From NCBI RefSeq assembly GCF_009914755.1, contig NC_060932.1: DNA of 64,000 nt. One strand, given 5' to 3'. Below the pieces are notes generated by a model that was given only the letters and a program-made list of their open reading frames with translations, had not been told where the DNA came from and did no database searches. Origin of the DNA: the human T2T-CHM13v2.0 reference genome, Homo sapiens. This document shows, piece by piece, positions 1 through 11,399 of this stretch. The position numbers and the translations under genes were made by a program. Position 1 is the stretch's first letter. Each line of letters opens with the position of its first letter.

Positions 1-54
1 TAGTGGGTAGTTGATGCTGATGAGCTACCTTTTGTATTTACTATCATCTGGTTT

Positions 55-56
<2 letters not shown>

Positions 57-103
<47 letters not shown>

Positions 104-108
104 TGTGT
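57..108. repeat. (TG)n microsatellite, about 26 units with one interruption
   Basis: Direct reading: GT repeats 57-108 with a single TA interruption near 97. Confidence 0.97.
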
Positions 109-481
109 TTTCTGAATGCCAAAGCCTCCATACCCAGGACTTCTTGCCATCATCAATTCAGAAAGAATTTCTTGAGCTCCCACTTAGTGTTGTCCCTGCA
201 CTCCGTGGAATACCTAGAATTACAAGACAAGGGCCTAGCTTGCAAGGAGTCACCACGAAATAATTAGAACTTCAAGGCCAAAGGGATAGATCAGTGAGGG
301 ATGGAATAGAGGGCAGACCAGGTGAGCTTGCATTTAACAGCTGGATAATATTTGAGGAGAGTGTGGGAACAGGAGTGTGTCTGTGCCTAGATTTCTTCTC
401 TACCCAGTTCAGGATTTCCACTGATAAATTATTCAAATCCAGTTTCAATGGCCGCTACTTATTACATACACAGTAAAGGTC

Positions 482-1830
482 TATTCAGTCATTTATTGAG
501 CACCAGCTGCGTGCCAGTCACTGTGTGCTGCACCACAGGCACGAAAATGAATAAGTCACACCCCCTGATCTAAGGAGATGCTGTACCACTATCTAAAGGG
601 GAAATCATTCATTGTGCTGAACTTATTGGTAACTGAGTCTAAGTTCTATAATTGGTGAACATATACAGTACAATGAGAACACGAGTGACTATTTCTGGGG
701 AGAAAGACAAGTCAGCAGAAACTACAGAGAGAAGTCAACATTTGAACCTGGACTTGAAAGATACATAAGCATTCATGGGTGAAATAAAGCAATCCTAGCA
801 GAGGAAACTGACAAAGCAAAAGAGCAGGGGTGTGGAAGCACTTGGTAGGATGAGGGAACAGGAAAAGCCTTGTGTAGACAGGGTTCAGGGGAGGTTGGAA
901 GGTACTGGCTAGACACAAGGCTGCAAATCATACATGAAACACACAGAAGTCTATCTAGGAGTGAAAGAGGCAGGGGCTTATTTAGGTGAGAGATGATGAA
1001 AGGCAGTGAGTGTCTGGGCCAGGAGAAGGACATTGGAGATGGAGTGAAGGGGATGTATTAAACTCATATTTAGGAGATTAATCAGCAGTCCTTAAAAATT
1101 AATTGGATAAGAAAGGCATTGTATTTGCTGTTGGCACCTCGCCCAGATCATCCACCAGGCAGGTGCGTCCATCCCTAGCTGCTGAGTGTTGACTGCCAAG
1201 TCCTCACAGTGACCCCTTTTCTGGGACACTGACTCTTTCTGAATAGGACTGGACTCATCTGTGAGATGGGGCGACCCTCCCTCACTGGAGCCTGTAGCCA
1301 ATGGCTGACTGACATAGGACTACAAAAAGCTGGCATCCTGGCCTCAAGGTGATACTCCAGCTGAGGCCACCTCCTTGTTCAGCTCGTCCCCTGCTCCATT
1401 CTTCTTCCCTCCTTTTCTCCTGAGATCACTTTCTTAATCAGCCACCTGCAGAAGAACCCCCATCTCAGGTTCCACTTTTAGGGAGCTCAACTTCAGACAG
1501 GATTGGGTAAGAAATTGGGGAAAAGGCAATATGAATCCCAGTTTTCCTTTTGGGTAAGTGGGTGGCTGGATGTGCTGAACACCGAGTAGAGGAGGCTTAG
1601 AAGAGGATGAGGTTTGTGAGAGCAGAGAAGCTCAGTTTTGTTTACTGGAGAAGCAGATGTCATATCCAGGAAGCAGCTGGATACCTGCGGGTCTGCAGCC
1701 AGGAGAGAGCTCTAAATGTTGTCACCAAACGTGACTAAATGACAGCTGAAACCCTGAAGTTGGCGAGGAAGAAATCATGGAGAAAAACAGAGTGGTCTCA
1801 GGATGAACTTGGAGGAATGTGAGCATTATA
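482..1830 (-). mobile_element. LINE-2 (L2) 3' fragment, split by an LTR at about 1120-1499
   Basis: attcagtcatttattgagcaccagctgcgtgccagtcactgtg matches the reverse complement of the L2 3' end. Purine-rich L2-like sequence resumes after 1500. Confidence 0.7.
1120..1499 (+). mobile_element. ERVL solo LTR, LTR16-like
   Basis: 3' part ttctcctgagatcactttcttaat...gaacccccatctcaggttccacttttagggagctcaacttcagaca resembles the LTR16 3' end. Starts TG and ends CA. Confidence 0.65.
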
Positions 1831-2933
1831 CAGTGAGTGGAAAACTGGCAGGAGGCAGCGGAGCCGTGCTCTTTTCTGTTTATTACCTCCAGTGAACTTG
1901 TGTTTGTGTTTCCTGTTATCATTGCTGGTAATCGGCTTTCAGATTGTGACCTGGTACACATGAGTGTGTGTGTGTGTTTCTAGAGGTGTATAATAAAAAA
2001 GTTCCATGCAGTAAAATTTACCCTCACTATTACATATGATGCACTCGAATATTTGCTGTTCTAGTCTGATAAAAATGCTGATGTGTAATCTGCTGAATTA
2101 ACTTTTTCAGCCACTGGTCACATATTGCAGTTAAAAAAATTTCAAATGGTAATTTATAAGCTAAAGGAAACCAACATATTTAGTTTTCTCTCACTAGTTG
2201 TGAGTGTGAAAAGTGTAACTGTGTCTTTTGACTCCTGTTTTAGAAATTAGCACCTTTTACTTTCTTTTCTATTTTCTATTTGCCTATTTTTTAATAACAT
2301 TCTGATATTTTATTCCTGTATTATTGTTAAATCTGTATTTCTGCATTTTATAAATGCTGTTAAAATTATCTTTGATAGTTTCAATGTAATAGTTACATTA
2401 ACAGACCCAATTTTGTGATACATATGTATGTGTACATTTACATATTCATGTATATGTTTATGTGTATGTATGCAAAAGACCAGAAAGCAGTATGTTAAAT
2501 ATTAATATTAATTATCCCAAGCTATGTGTTTTGCAGGAGGTTTTTTCTTTGTGCATCCTTATAATTGATTTTCTAAACAAAGAACCAGCAATTATTTTAA
2601 CCAGTAATAAACTCATAAAATAAAAGAACTTGAAAATTTACTAAGAATATTGTTGCATAATTATATTTTTTATAATTATGTAATTTACATAATTAGTCAC
2701 AACTGTATTTTATTTGGTAATATATTCCATATCTTTGAGTTTGGAAAGTTATTTTCTATCTGGAAATCAGATAATATCCCAATTTTTCTGGGTTTTAATA
2801 ATTTAATTTTTAATAGTTTTTATATTTTATATTTTATTCTTTTTAACTGTATTTTTGTCTATTTGTACACATCTAATCTCCAACAGCACAGCCAGGGGCT
2901 CCAAGGATGGCCGATGAGGAACAGTGTCTGAAG

Positions 2934-3048
2934 TAGTGTTTCCCAAAGAGTCACCCCTCTGGCTATGTGCAAATCCATGGTTCAGACTCCAGACTGTGGA
3001 ATCAAAGTTTCTGGGTATGGAGCCAAGGAATCTTCATCTTTTTCAAGT
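2934..3048. mobile_element. MER5-like hAT-Charlie DNA transposon fragment
   Basis: tagtgtttcccaaa terminus-like motif and gaatcaaagtttctgggtatggagccaaggaatct resemble MER5. Confidence 0.5.
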
Positions 3049-3519
3049 CCTTATCTCTACCCTTGTCCAACCCAGCAATTAACATTTATCCTAAACATTG
3101 AAACCTTCCCTTCTAAAGGGAAAATAAAGAGAAGTCCCAGTTTGGCCAGTGGCTACCTCTATACACATGGGGCAAACTGCATCACTACTTAGAGGATCAT
3201 TTTCTCAACTCTGTAATGATGGATTTAGATTAACTGTGTTAGATTCTTTCAATGCTAAAAGATTGTTTCTCAGTTCTTTTTTTCTAAAATGGGAATAATA
3301 CCTTTGTTCTGCCTATGTAATAACTATAGGATACATGAAAGTCAAATGAGTTAATGTTCACTAAAGCTTTATTTTGTTACTATTTGACAATTTTGTTGGT
3401 TTTCATCCCTTAGAGTGAATGAAACGAACCACATTTTTATTGGCTTCTGGCTTACTCAGTCCTCCAGAAATCTAGATGCTCTTTCAAAGTGTAAGATAAG
3501 TTTTCCTTCTGCTTCATCG

Positions 3520-3856
3520 TGGCAGAGACTACTCACATGTTCATGAAACCCATTTATTCTCCAAATCTCCCAGTCTGCCTTGCCATTAGGAGTGGCTGTG
3601 TGATTGAATTCCAGCTACTGGGATGTGATAAATGCTTGGCCTCCAAAATATCTTTCATTACATTTTCATTGCTTTCTCTTCCCTTTCTTTAGAGATGAAT
3701 GTCAGTGCCACAAATGACCACAGACCACCCCACCCCTGGTTGCTGCTGGCTTTGGATTGGACTTTTAGTGAACAAGAAATAAATTTTTATTGTCTCAAGT
3801 CATGGAAATCTTGGGATTTGTCTATTACACCAGTCAGTTTTACCTTAACAAACATA
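3520..3856 (+). mobile_element. Old MaLR LTR (MLT1 family)
   Basis: tggcagagactac start and gaaataaatttttattgtctcaagtcatggaaatcttgggatttgtctattacac 3' region are typical of MLT1. Confidence 0.6.
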
Positions 3857-4127
3857 CTTGCAATCTCCATTAGACATAGAGAATATTTGTGCTCATTTGC
3901 ATGATGAGATGATTTCTTTCCTTGTGTAAATGGTGACCAGATGACAACATTTCTCACAACTGTTGATAATGTCATCTGCCTTCAGTTACTAATGGTTGTC
4001 ATTAGGGTGAAGCTAACTGTCTCAGTTCAAATGTTACCTCTTTACAAAGGCTCTCCTGGCCTCTCTATTCAAAGTATTCTACAACTCACACTCCAGGTAG
4101 TTTTATCCCATTAATAATTTCAGTGGA

Positions 4128-4468
4128 TGTATTAGTCTATTTTCATACTCCTGATAAAGACATATCCAAGAATGGGAAGAAGAAGAGGTTTAATGGACTT
4201 ACAGTTCCATGTGGCTGGGAAAGCCTCACAATCATGGTGGAAGGCAAGGAGAGGAGCAAGTCACATATTACATGGATGGCAGCAAACAGCTTGTGGAGGG
4301 AAACTCCCATGTTTTAAAACCATGAGATCTCCTGAGACTGATTCACTGTTACAAGAACAGCAGGGGAAAGACCTGCCTCCATGATTCAGTTATCTCCCAC
4401 ACTGTCCCTCCCACAACATGTGGGAATTCAAGATGAGATTTGGGTGGGGAGACAGCCAAACCCTATCA
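4128..4468 (-). mobile_element. THE1 (THE1C-like) MaLR solo LTR with perfect 5-bp TSD GTGGA
   Basis: tgtattagtc...gagatttgggtggggagacagccaaaccctatca is the reverse complement of the THE1 LTR. GTGGA at 4123-4127 and 4469-4473. Confidence 0.92.
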
Positions 4469-4488
4469 GTGGATAATATTTTAAATAT

Positions 4489-4702
4489 CCAGGGTTCAAG
4501 TGATTCTCCTGCCTCAGCCTCCAGAGTAGCTGGGATTACAGGCATGTGCTGCCCCACCCAGCTAATAGTTGTATTTTTAGTTGAAATGGGGTTTCACCAT
4601 GTTGGCCAGGCTGGTCCCAGACTGCTGACCTCAAGTGGCTTACCCGCCTCGGCCTTCCAAAGTGCTAGGATTACAGCACTTTGGAGCCACTGTGCCTGGT
4701 CC
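4489..4702 (-). mobile_element. AluS fragment lacking its 3' end and tail
   Basis: ggttcaagtgattctcctgcctcagcc...ccaaagtgctaggattac...gagccactgtgcctggtcc. Confidence 0.92.
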
Positions 4703-4739
4703 CAGGTAATATTTTTAATGAAATCTATCATTTCCCAAA

Positions 4740-4898
4740 ATGTATCACATATTTTGCTGACTTGTTTGTTATCTGTCTCTTCCCTGAGAATGAAAACTCC
4801 ATGATGGCAGGATTCTTCTCTGTCTTACTCACTGATACATTCTTAGAGCCTAGAATTAGGCCTGACACAGTCAGCATTCAGTTGTTTGAATAAGAATT
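4740..4898 (+). mobile_element. L2 3' end (upstream part at about 4015-4100, interrupted by THE1 and Alu)
   Basis: actccatgatggcagg...agcctagaattaggcctgacacagtcagcattcag...gttgtttgaataagaat resembles the L2 terminus. Confidence 0.65.
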
Positions 4899-6879
4899 TA
4901 TAGTGTTAGTTCACTATACTCCTGCTGTATTAAGCACCACAGGTGACCTCTTACTCATCCCACATCAATTATGTTGCCTTGAGGTTGTTCTCAAAGCTCA
5001 TGTGCTATAAGCTGACTTCATGATTTTGCCTGTACAATGCAGATACCCTTTGAGTTAGCAAACTAAAGTAGGAACAAAGAGGGATGGGGGAGAGAGCACA
5101 AAGAGAAGAATAGGGAGGATTGCTGCAAAAGACACTAGGAAAAGACTTTTGAAGTGAGTGTGACTTCATGCCTGTGTGAGTTTATGTGTTTGTGTCTGCA
5201 CATGTGTGTACATATGTGTCTGAGAGAGATGAAGATGATATGTAGAATTCCCCAACTAGGAATTTTCTCATTAAATTATTATGAATAAATTAAAATGCCT
5301 TTTTGTCTTTGAATAAATGGTTTTAATCATATGTTCATATTCTCTATATTCTTATAATAGAAAGTTATCATCTCTTGAGGCTCTGCCTATGTTTGGCTGC
5401 TAATTTTCTTCCCAGGCTGATTCTGAATCCTCTGCAATTTTATGAAGTGATGAAGCAAACCCTATAGACCTTTTGAATTCCTGTTTTCTGTGAACTCTGC
5501 CGATGTTGGTTTATGCCTCTCCCTATTAGTTTTGCAGAGATTTCTCATCAGAAATGTGTTATATGGACTTGAGTTTAAAGGGCCAGATTTTCCACCCTCC
5601 CAGATGAGCTGTCAGTGGTGCTGAAAGAGTTGACAGGCTAATTCTCAGTCTTTGGATGTTTTCTGTACCTATGTGCACTTTGGAAGGTGGCCTGCTGGGG
5701 CAGGTTGTTCTAATGCCAGTTACACAGTTGTGACTCTACCCTCCTACCTGTGCTGTGGAAAACCCATTGCGTTACCTGCTATTCAGGTGATAGATGAGCT
5801 AATTTTATAGATGAGAGTTAAGACCCAGGCTTTTTGAGCATTTAAAAAGCTTCATGGTTCTGTTGCTGGGTACCTGGGTGCCTAAGTCGCTAAATCTAAG
5901 CTCTTAAATTCTAACAGAATAATGTAAAAGAACTGACACATTTTCTAGAAAGATGTAAATTTCTTCAAACCATACTTGTACAATAGTTTATCTCCAGTCC
6001 CATCTGGCTGAGCTACTAAGAATTGTAACCCCCAAACCAAGCTCAATTTATTGACTAAGATCAAGCTCCACCACTTCATCAGTGAGAGTGTCAGGAATGT
6101 TCTAACCTTATATAGAGAGCACAGAAGAAAGTCTGGGGTCTTATCAATGGGCTTTTTCTTGTTGGCCTGACACTGACTTATGGAAATAAAGAAGATAACA
6201 TAAGGAAAGAGAGTGGTGTAGAGTAGGGGTCAGGATATGGTTCAGAGAATGTTTACAGCCTTCTCTTAACCAAAAACTGTATTAATAATAAAAGCTATGT
6301 TTAGAAACCCTTTATCACCCATCTGGCTATTTTGCTGGCCGAGGCAAAACGTGTGTGTTTGTGTGTGTCCAAGATTCGCATGCTTGGAAGGATGAGAGAA
6401 ATGGCCTGATGAATGATATAAACTGGGAAATGGTGTTTACAGTACCTACAATAAAGTTAAACCAGTCTTAATCATAATCGAAGTGTGAATTTCAGATATG
6501 CTAATGTTAGTGTTGAGAGGAAGTAGCTCAACTGGCCCTCTGTTGGTAGGAATAATCTGGGGCATGAGAGTGGTGGTTGAGAAGCATAGGCTGAACGAAA
6601 TAGGGATGAAGAGAACAGGAAGCATTTTGAATAACTGAACATGATAGTGGGATGGTTTCCCATGGCCTGGATCTGTTAGGAATACATTCACTGGCCAAGA
6701 GTATCAAGAGGAAGAGAATTGAAAGTAGGAAGCCTCTTTTAGGGACTGTGGGTGGAGGAGGTAGTAATCGTATGTTACTTTATTCCTCATTTTTTTCCAT
6801 AAGGCATGACAACAAAGATTGGGGAGTGCTTCATTAGCCAGGGTAGGGTTAGAATAGGAGGTGTCATTATCAAGTGTAG

Positions 6880-7100
6880 TCTCTTGAATTCTCATACATT
6901 TTACAGTTTAACTACAGCCATACTATCTCATAATCTACACAGCAATTCTGAGAGACTGGCCATCCTTACTTTTCAGATAAGAAAACTGTGGCTTCTAAGG
7001 AGAAAACGACCTCAGAGTCAAGTGGCTAGTAAATATGACTCTGTGGCTGCAATAAAGAACTTTTGACTTCAAAATCAGTGCTCCTTTCATTATGTTATAC
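6880..7100 (-). mobile_element. MIR SINE
   Basis: Core ttttcagataagaaaactgtggct...agtggctagtaaat...tgacttcaaaatcagtgctc. Confidence 0.6.
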
Positions 7101-7141
7101 TCACCACTATTAACAAAAGTAAAAGCTTATCTAAATTTGCC

Positions 7142-7492
7142 TTTACATTTATTTTAATGGCAAACACTTCACAAATGTGTGACTTACATTTTTTTAATGA
7201 CAGTTTACATTTATTTTATTGACATTTACATTTATTTAATGTAAATGACGATTGCATTAATGTAATGTAAATTTATTTAATGTAAATGACATTTACATTT
7301 ATTTAATGTAAATGACGTTTACATTTATTTAATGTAAATGACGTTTACATTTATTTAATGTAAATGACGTTTACATTTATTTAATGTAAATGACGTTTAC
7401 ATTTATTTAATGTAAATGACGTTTACATTTATTTAATGTAAATGACGTTTACATTTATTTTAATGACAAACACTTCACAAATGTGTGACTTA
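7142..7492. repeat. AT-rich minisatellite, 26-bp unit TTTACATTTATTTAATGTAAATGACG, bracketed by a 45-bp direct repeat
   Basis: Six contiguous perfect units at 7292-7447 plus one at 7225-7250. Flanking copies 7142-7186 and 7448-7492 differ at one base. Confidence 0.95.
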
Positions 7493-7579
7493 ACACCTCA
7501 ACACTGACCCAGAAAAAGAAATCTCAGAAGTTTTAAAATTGTCTTATTCTTCTCATATCATTCCCAACCATGGACCCAG

Positions 7580-7755
7580 TAATAATAATTTAACTTCATC
7601 GAGCATCTACTTTGTGCTAGGTACTGTGGCAAATGCATCATAAGCATTATTTTATTTAATTCTTAAAACAATTCCATGTAGTAGATACTACTATTATCTC
7701 CATTTTACAGTGAGGAAACTGACTTAGACAAGGTTGGTGACTTGTTCAAGGTAGT
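7580..7755 (-). mobile_element. MIR SINE
   Basis: attatctccattttacagtgaggaaactgac...gtgacttgttcaaggt MIR core. Confidence 0.8.
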
Positions 7756-7869
7756 CACTAGTGAAAGTAATGGCAACGTTTACTGAGTACTTGCAACATC
7801 GCAGACATCCATCAGAGTACATCGCAGGTATTAGGTGGCTTAATGCATTCAGCCCCATAAATAGGGTAT

Positions 7870-7976
7870 TTGAGTTTGCCCAAGAGAGTCATGGTTTACT
7901 CTTGCTGTTCCAGCATAATTATCAATAGTTCCCCTTTTTACTCTTAAAAGCATCCTTGTTTGAAGGATAAAGTTAC
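7870..7976. mobile_element. MER94-like hAT DNA transposon
   Basis: cagcataattatcaatagttccccttttactcttaaaagcatccttgtttgaaggataaa resembles MER94. Confidence 0.55.
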
Positions 7977-7984
7977 TTGAGCAC

Positions 7985-8135
7985 CTGTGAGGCAAGTATT
8001 ATTTTTATTTCCCTTTTATGAATGAGTAAATGAGATCAGTTTCTAGGGCTAAGTAACTTGCCCTAGGCCACCTGACTAAGAAGCAGCCACACCAAGATTC
8101 AAACCCAAGTGATCAAATCAGTTTTCCTTGTAATC
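7985..8135 (-). mobile_element. MIR SINE
   Basis: gctaagtaacttgccctaggccacctgactaag...gattcaaacccaag. Confidence 0.7.
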
Positions 8136-8360
8136 CTCATGTTATGCATTGTCTTCTCTATTTGCCTTTCATTTACTACCACTTTTGTACAATAGCCAAT
8201 CCTGTCTTGACTCAGTATTCTCCTAAGACTCTTCCCACAGAGCATGGTCCCCATCCTGGCGTGTGGCTCTCCTTTTCTTCCAAGCAAACATACACCCTAA
8301 ATCTTACTTCTTCAGAGCCTTCCTGAAGAGCAGGAGATAACCTAAAAATAAGAAGTACTG

Positions 8361-8860
<500 letters not shown>

Positions 8861-10264
8861 TCAGTGTGGACACTGCACTCAAAAACAAAGTGTTCTCCAA
8901 GGTCCTGACACAGCTCGTAAACTGTAACTCTTCCATCTTAGTGATGAAATTCTATCCAGTTGGAGCTCATGTCATCCTTCTGAGGTTTAGAGGATAACAT
9001 TTGCTTTTAAGCTGGGGGACCCCAGTGTCTTTACCCTGTGATAATTTCAGTCATCATGACAGTCTCAGCAGGGCGAAAGGCCCTTCTCACTGGGAAAAAC
9101 TGCACTCCCTGAGATAAGGCAAGGAGATCCAAGAGAAGCTTACATATAGCTGGTGAGCCAGAGAGGGGCTCTCTCTCCCTCCATTATTTCCCAAAGTCCC
9201 AATTCAGATCATTGAGCTGAGTTGCTGCCCGCAATGGCCTCAGCAGGCCCTGGGCTTTGCATATGATGTTCCCCAGGCCACACGCTATGCTGATTATCAG
9301 GGGATGGTGTGTCTCCCATTTCATACTCCATTAAGGAAGGATGAAACAGGCCAAGCCTGCAAATGATGACAGTAATGAGGTTCCAGTTATCTGCTCTCTC
9401 TCTCCCTTGCTCCCCATGTGCTGTCTCTCTCTGAGGACCTCACCAATGAATCCAAACAGATTCTGACACGTGGGACATGCTTGAGCCACTATGAGAAGGC
9501 TTCTCTGTGATGGTTGGGGCAAAGCCATCTCCTTCCAAACCCAGGGTATGGGCTGGGTGACTGCTCTGATTCTTTTGGGAGGTGAGGTTTTGAGTCCTCT
9601 CTGAATTCCTTAACGAGGCAGCCATGCTGCGCAAGTGATCTGTGTGTGGATTGCTGAAGCATAAAAGATACGAAGTGAGTGGTTTGAGCAGAAAATGAAA
9701 GGGTTTTTTGTGCTCTGGCAGCTAATAAAATCAGAAAGAGAAATGGAACTTACCCAATGTTGAGAGACTGGGGAAAAAAATACCTAGATTATTTTTTCTT
9801 TAAAAAAATGAGAGTAGCTCATAGAAATGTCAAAATATCTTTTCATTCAGGTTCAACAAAGGGAAGGGATAATGTGGTTTCAGTTGCATTTGTTGGCCAA
9901 AATTTTGAAGCTGTGTTCATCCTATCTATAATTTTTATAGTAATTTTGCCATTCAGAATAACTAGGAAAACGCACATCTGTGTGAGATATTAACATGGGT
10001 TAAGGCTGAAGATAATATGCCTATGGAGTCAGTACAAGCTTGGGATGTACAGAGCTATGCCCATGCGGACACACATAATACATCCATAAAGATGAGACAT
10101 GCCAGTGATGCTACACAAGTTACTTCTATGGCAAGGACAAACACTTGGCAAATCCGTGAATTATTCCTCTGGCTCAACTCAACACAGACTGAGAAAGAAT
10201 AATTTCAGAAATTAGGCCACAAGTTTCACATCTGGATCACTCATGGACCTTCAGCCATGAAATA

Positions 10265-10890
10265 ATTTTTATATTTTAAAAAATATTTTTATAGATTTAT
10301 GGGACACAAGTCCAATTTTGTTACATGGCTCTATTGCACAGTGGTAAAGTCTGGACTTTTGGTGTAACCATCACCCAAATAATGTACATTGTATGAATTA
10401 GGTAATTTTTCATTCCTCATGTCCCTTCCACCCTCCCACCTTTTGAAGTCTCCAGTGTTTCCAATTCCACTGTCTATCTGAATAATATTTCATGGTGTGT
10501 GTGTGTGTGTATCTCAAAATTAATTGGCACAATGTACATTATTTGGGTGATGGTTACATGAAAGCTCTGTAAGACTGAGTTGGACATCAAATTGGAATTT
10601 TAAAAAATGTATCCTAATCAGTCTGCAGGGTGGCAGCATTATACATACATATGTGTATATATATAATATATATGTATTATATTTTATATGTTTGTTTTCC
10701 TTATCCAATCATCCATTGATGGGCATTAAGTTGATACCATATCTTTGCTATTGTGGAGCTGTGATAAACATATGAGTTCAGGTATCTTTTTGATATAATG
10801 ATTTCTTTTCCTTTGCATAGATACCCCACAGTGAAATTACTGGATCAAATGGTAGTTCTATTTTTAGTTCTATGAGAAATCTCCATACTG
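10265..10890 (-). mobile_element. L1MA/L1PB-type LINE-1 3' fragment with an internal templated patch at about 10512-10637
   Basis: ggtgtaaccatcacccaaataatgtacattgt (3'UTR) and ggatcaaatggtagttctatttttagttc (ORF2 C-terminus; ORF 10778-11008 contains WRFLIELKIELPFDP). Confidence 0.85.
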
Positions 10891-11399
10891 AACAATGAAA
10901 CAATTTATGATCGATTTCCATCTGAAAGTGTATCTTGAAGCTGTTCCTATATACTCCCTCGTTGTGGCCTTTCTTGGCCTTGGCCAAGATAAAATTTCCT
11001 TTGCTCACTCATTTGCTGTCCTGTGCTTTTTCCCCCTTGGCTCACTTTTTCTTGAACTTCTGACATTTATCCAAATGCTTCCTGCTGTGCCTTGGGAAGT
11101 CTGGTCTATCATTTAAAATTTTTTAAATCTTTTCAATATTTACTAAGATAAAATCGGACATTCTCCCTGATGATACCATTGTCCTTGCAGTTTCTCAGGT
11201 GGAACTTGTTCATCCTCTTAAGACCTCAGTCACAAAGTAGGAGGTATCGTTGACCTGCCAAACATTTGTTTCTACTGCTGCTAAGTTTTATTCCCGCACC
11301 CACGTGTGAAACCTTTCTCCAGAGATGCAGACACTGTCTGCCCCACTTTTTCCCACCACTCCATTCCACCAACCTTTGTGGCTAGTCCTTCACATTCTT

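Noticed and set aside
57-267. MCVCVCV... ORFs
   Set aside because: Translation of the (TG)n microsatellite.
4418-4804. 128-aa ORF and similar ORFs at 8372, 21969, 29618, 38757, 51622, 52303 and 63571
   Set aside because: Typical Alu-derived peptides ([19 protein letters not shown]), not genes.
7225-7447. Palindromic 26-bp repeats resembling a CRISPR array
   Set aside because: Units are head-to-tail with no unique spacers, there are no cas genes, and the context is primate. It is a minisatellite.
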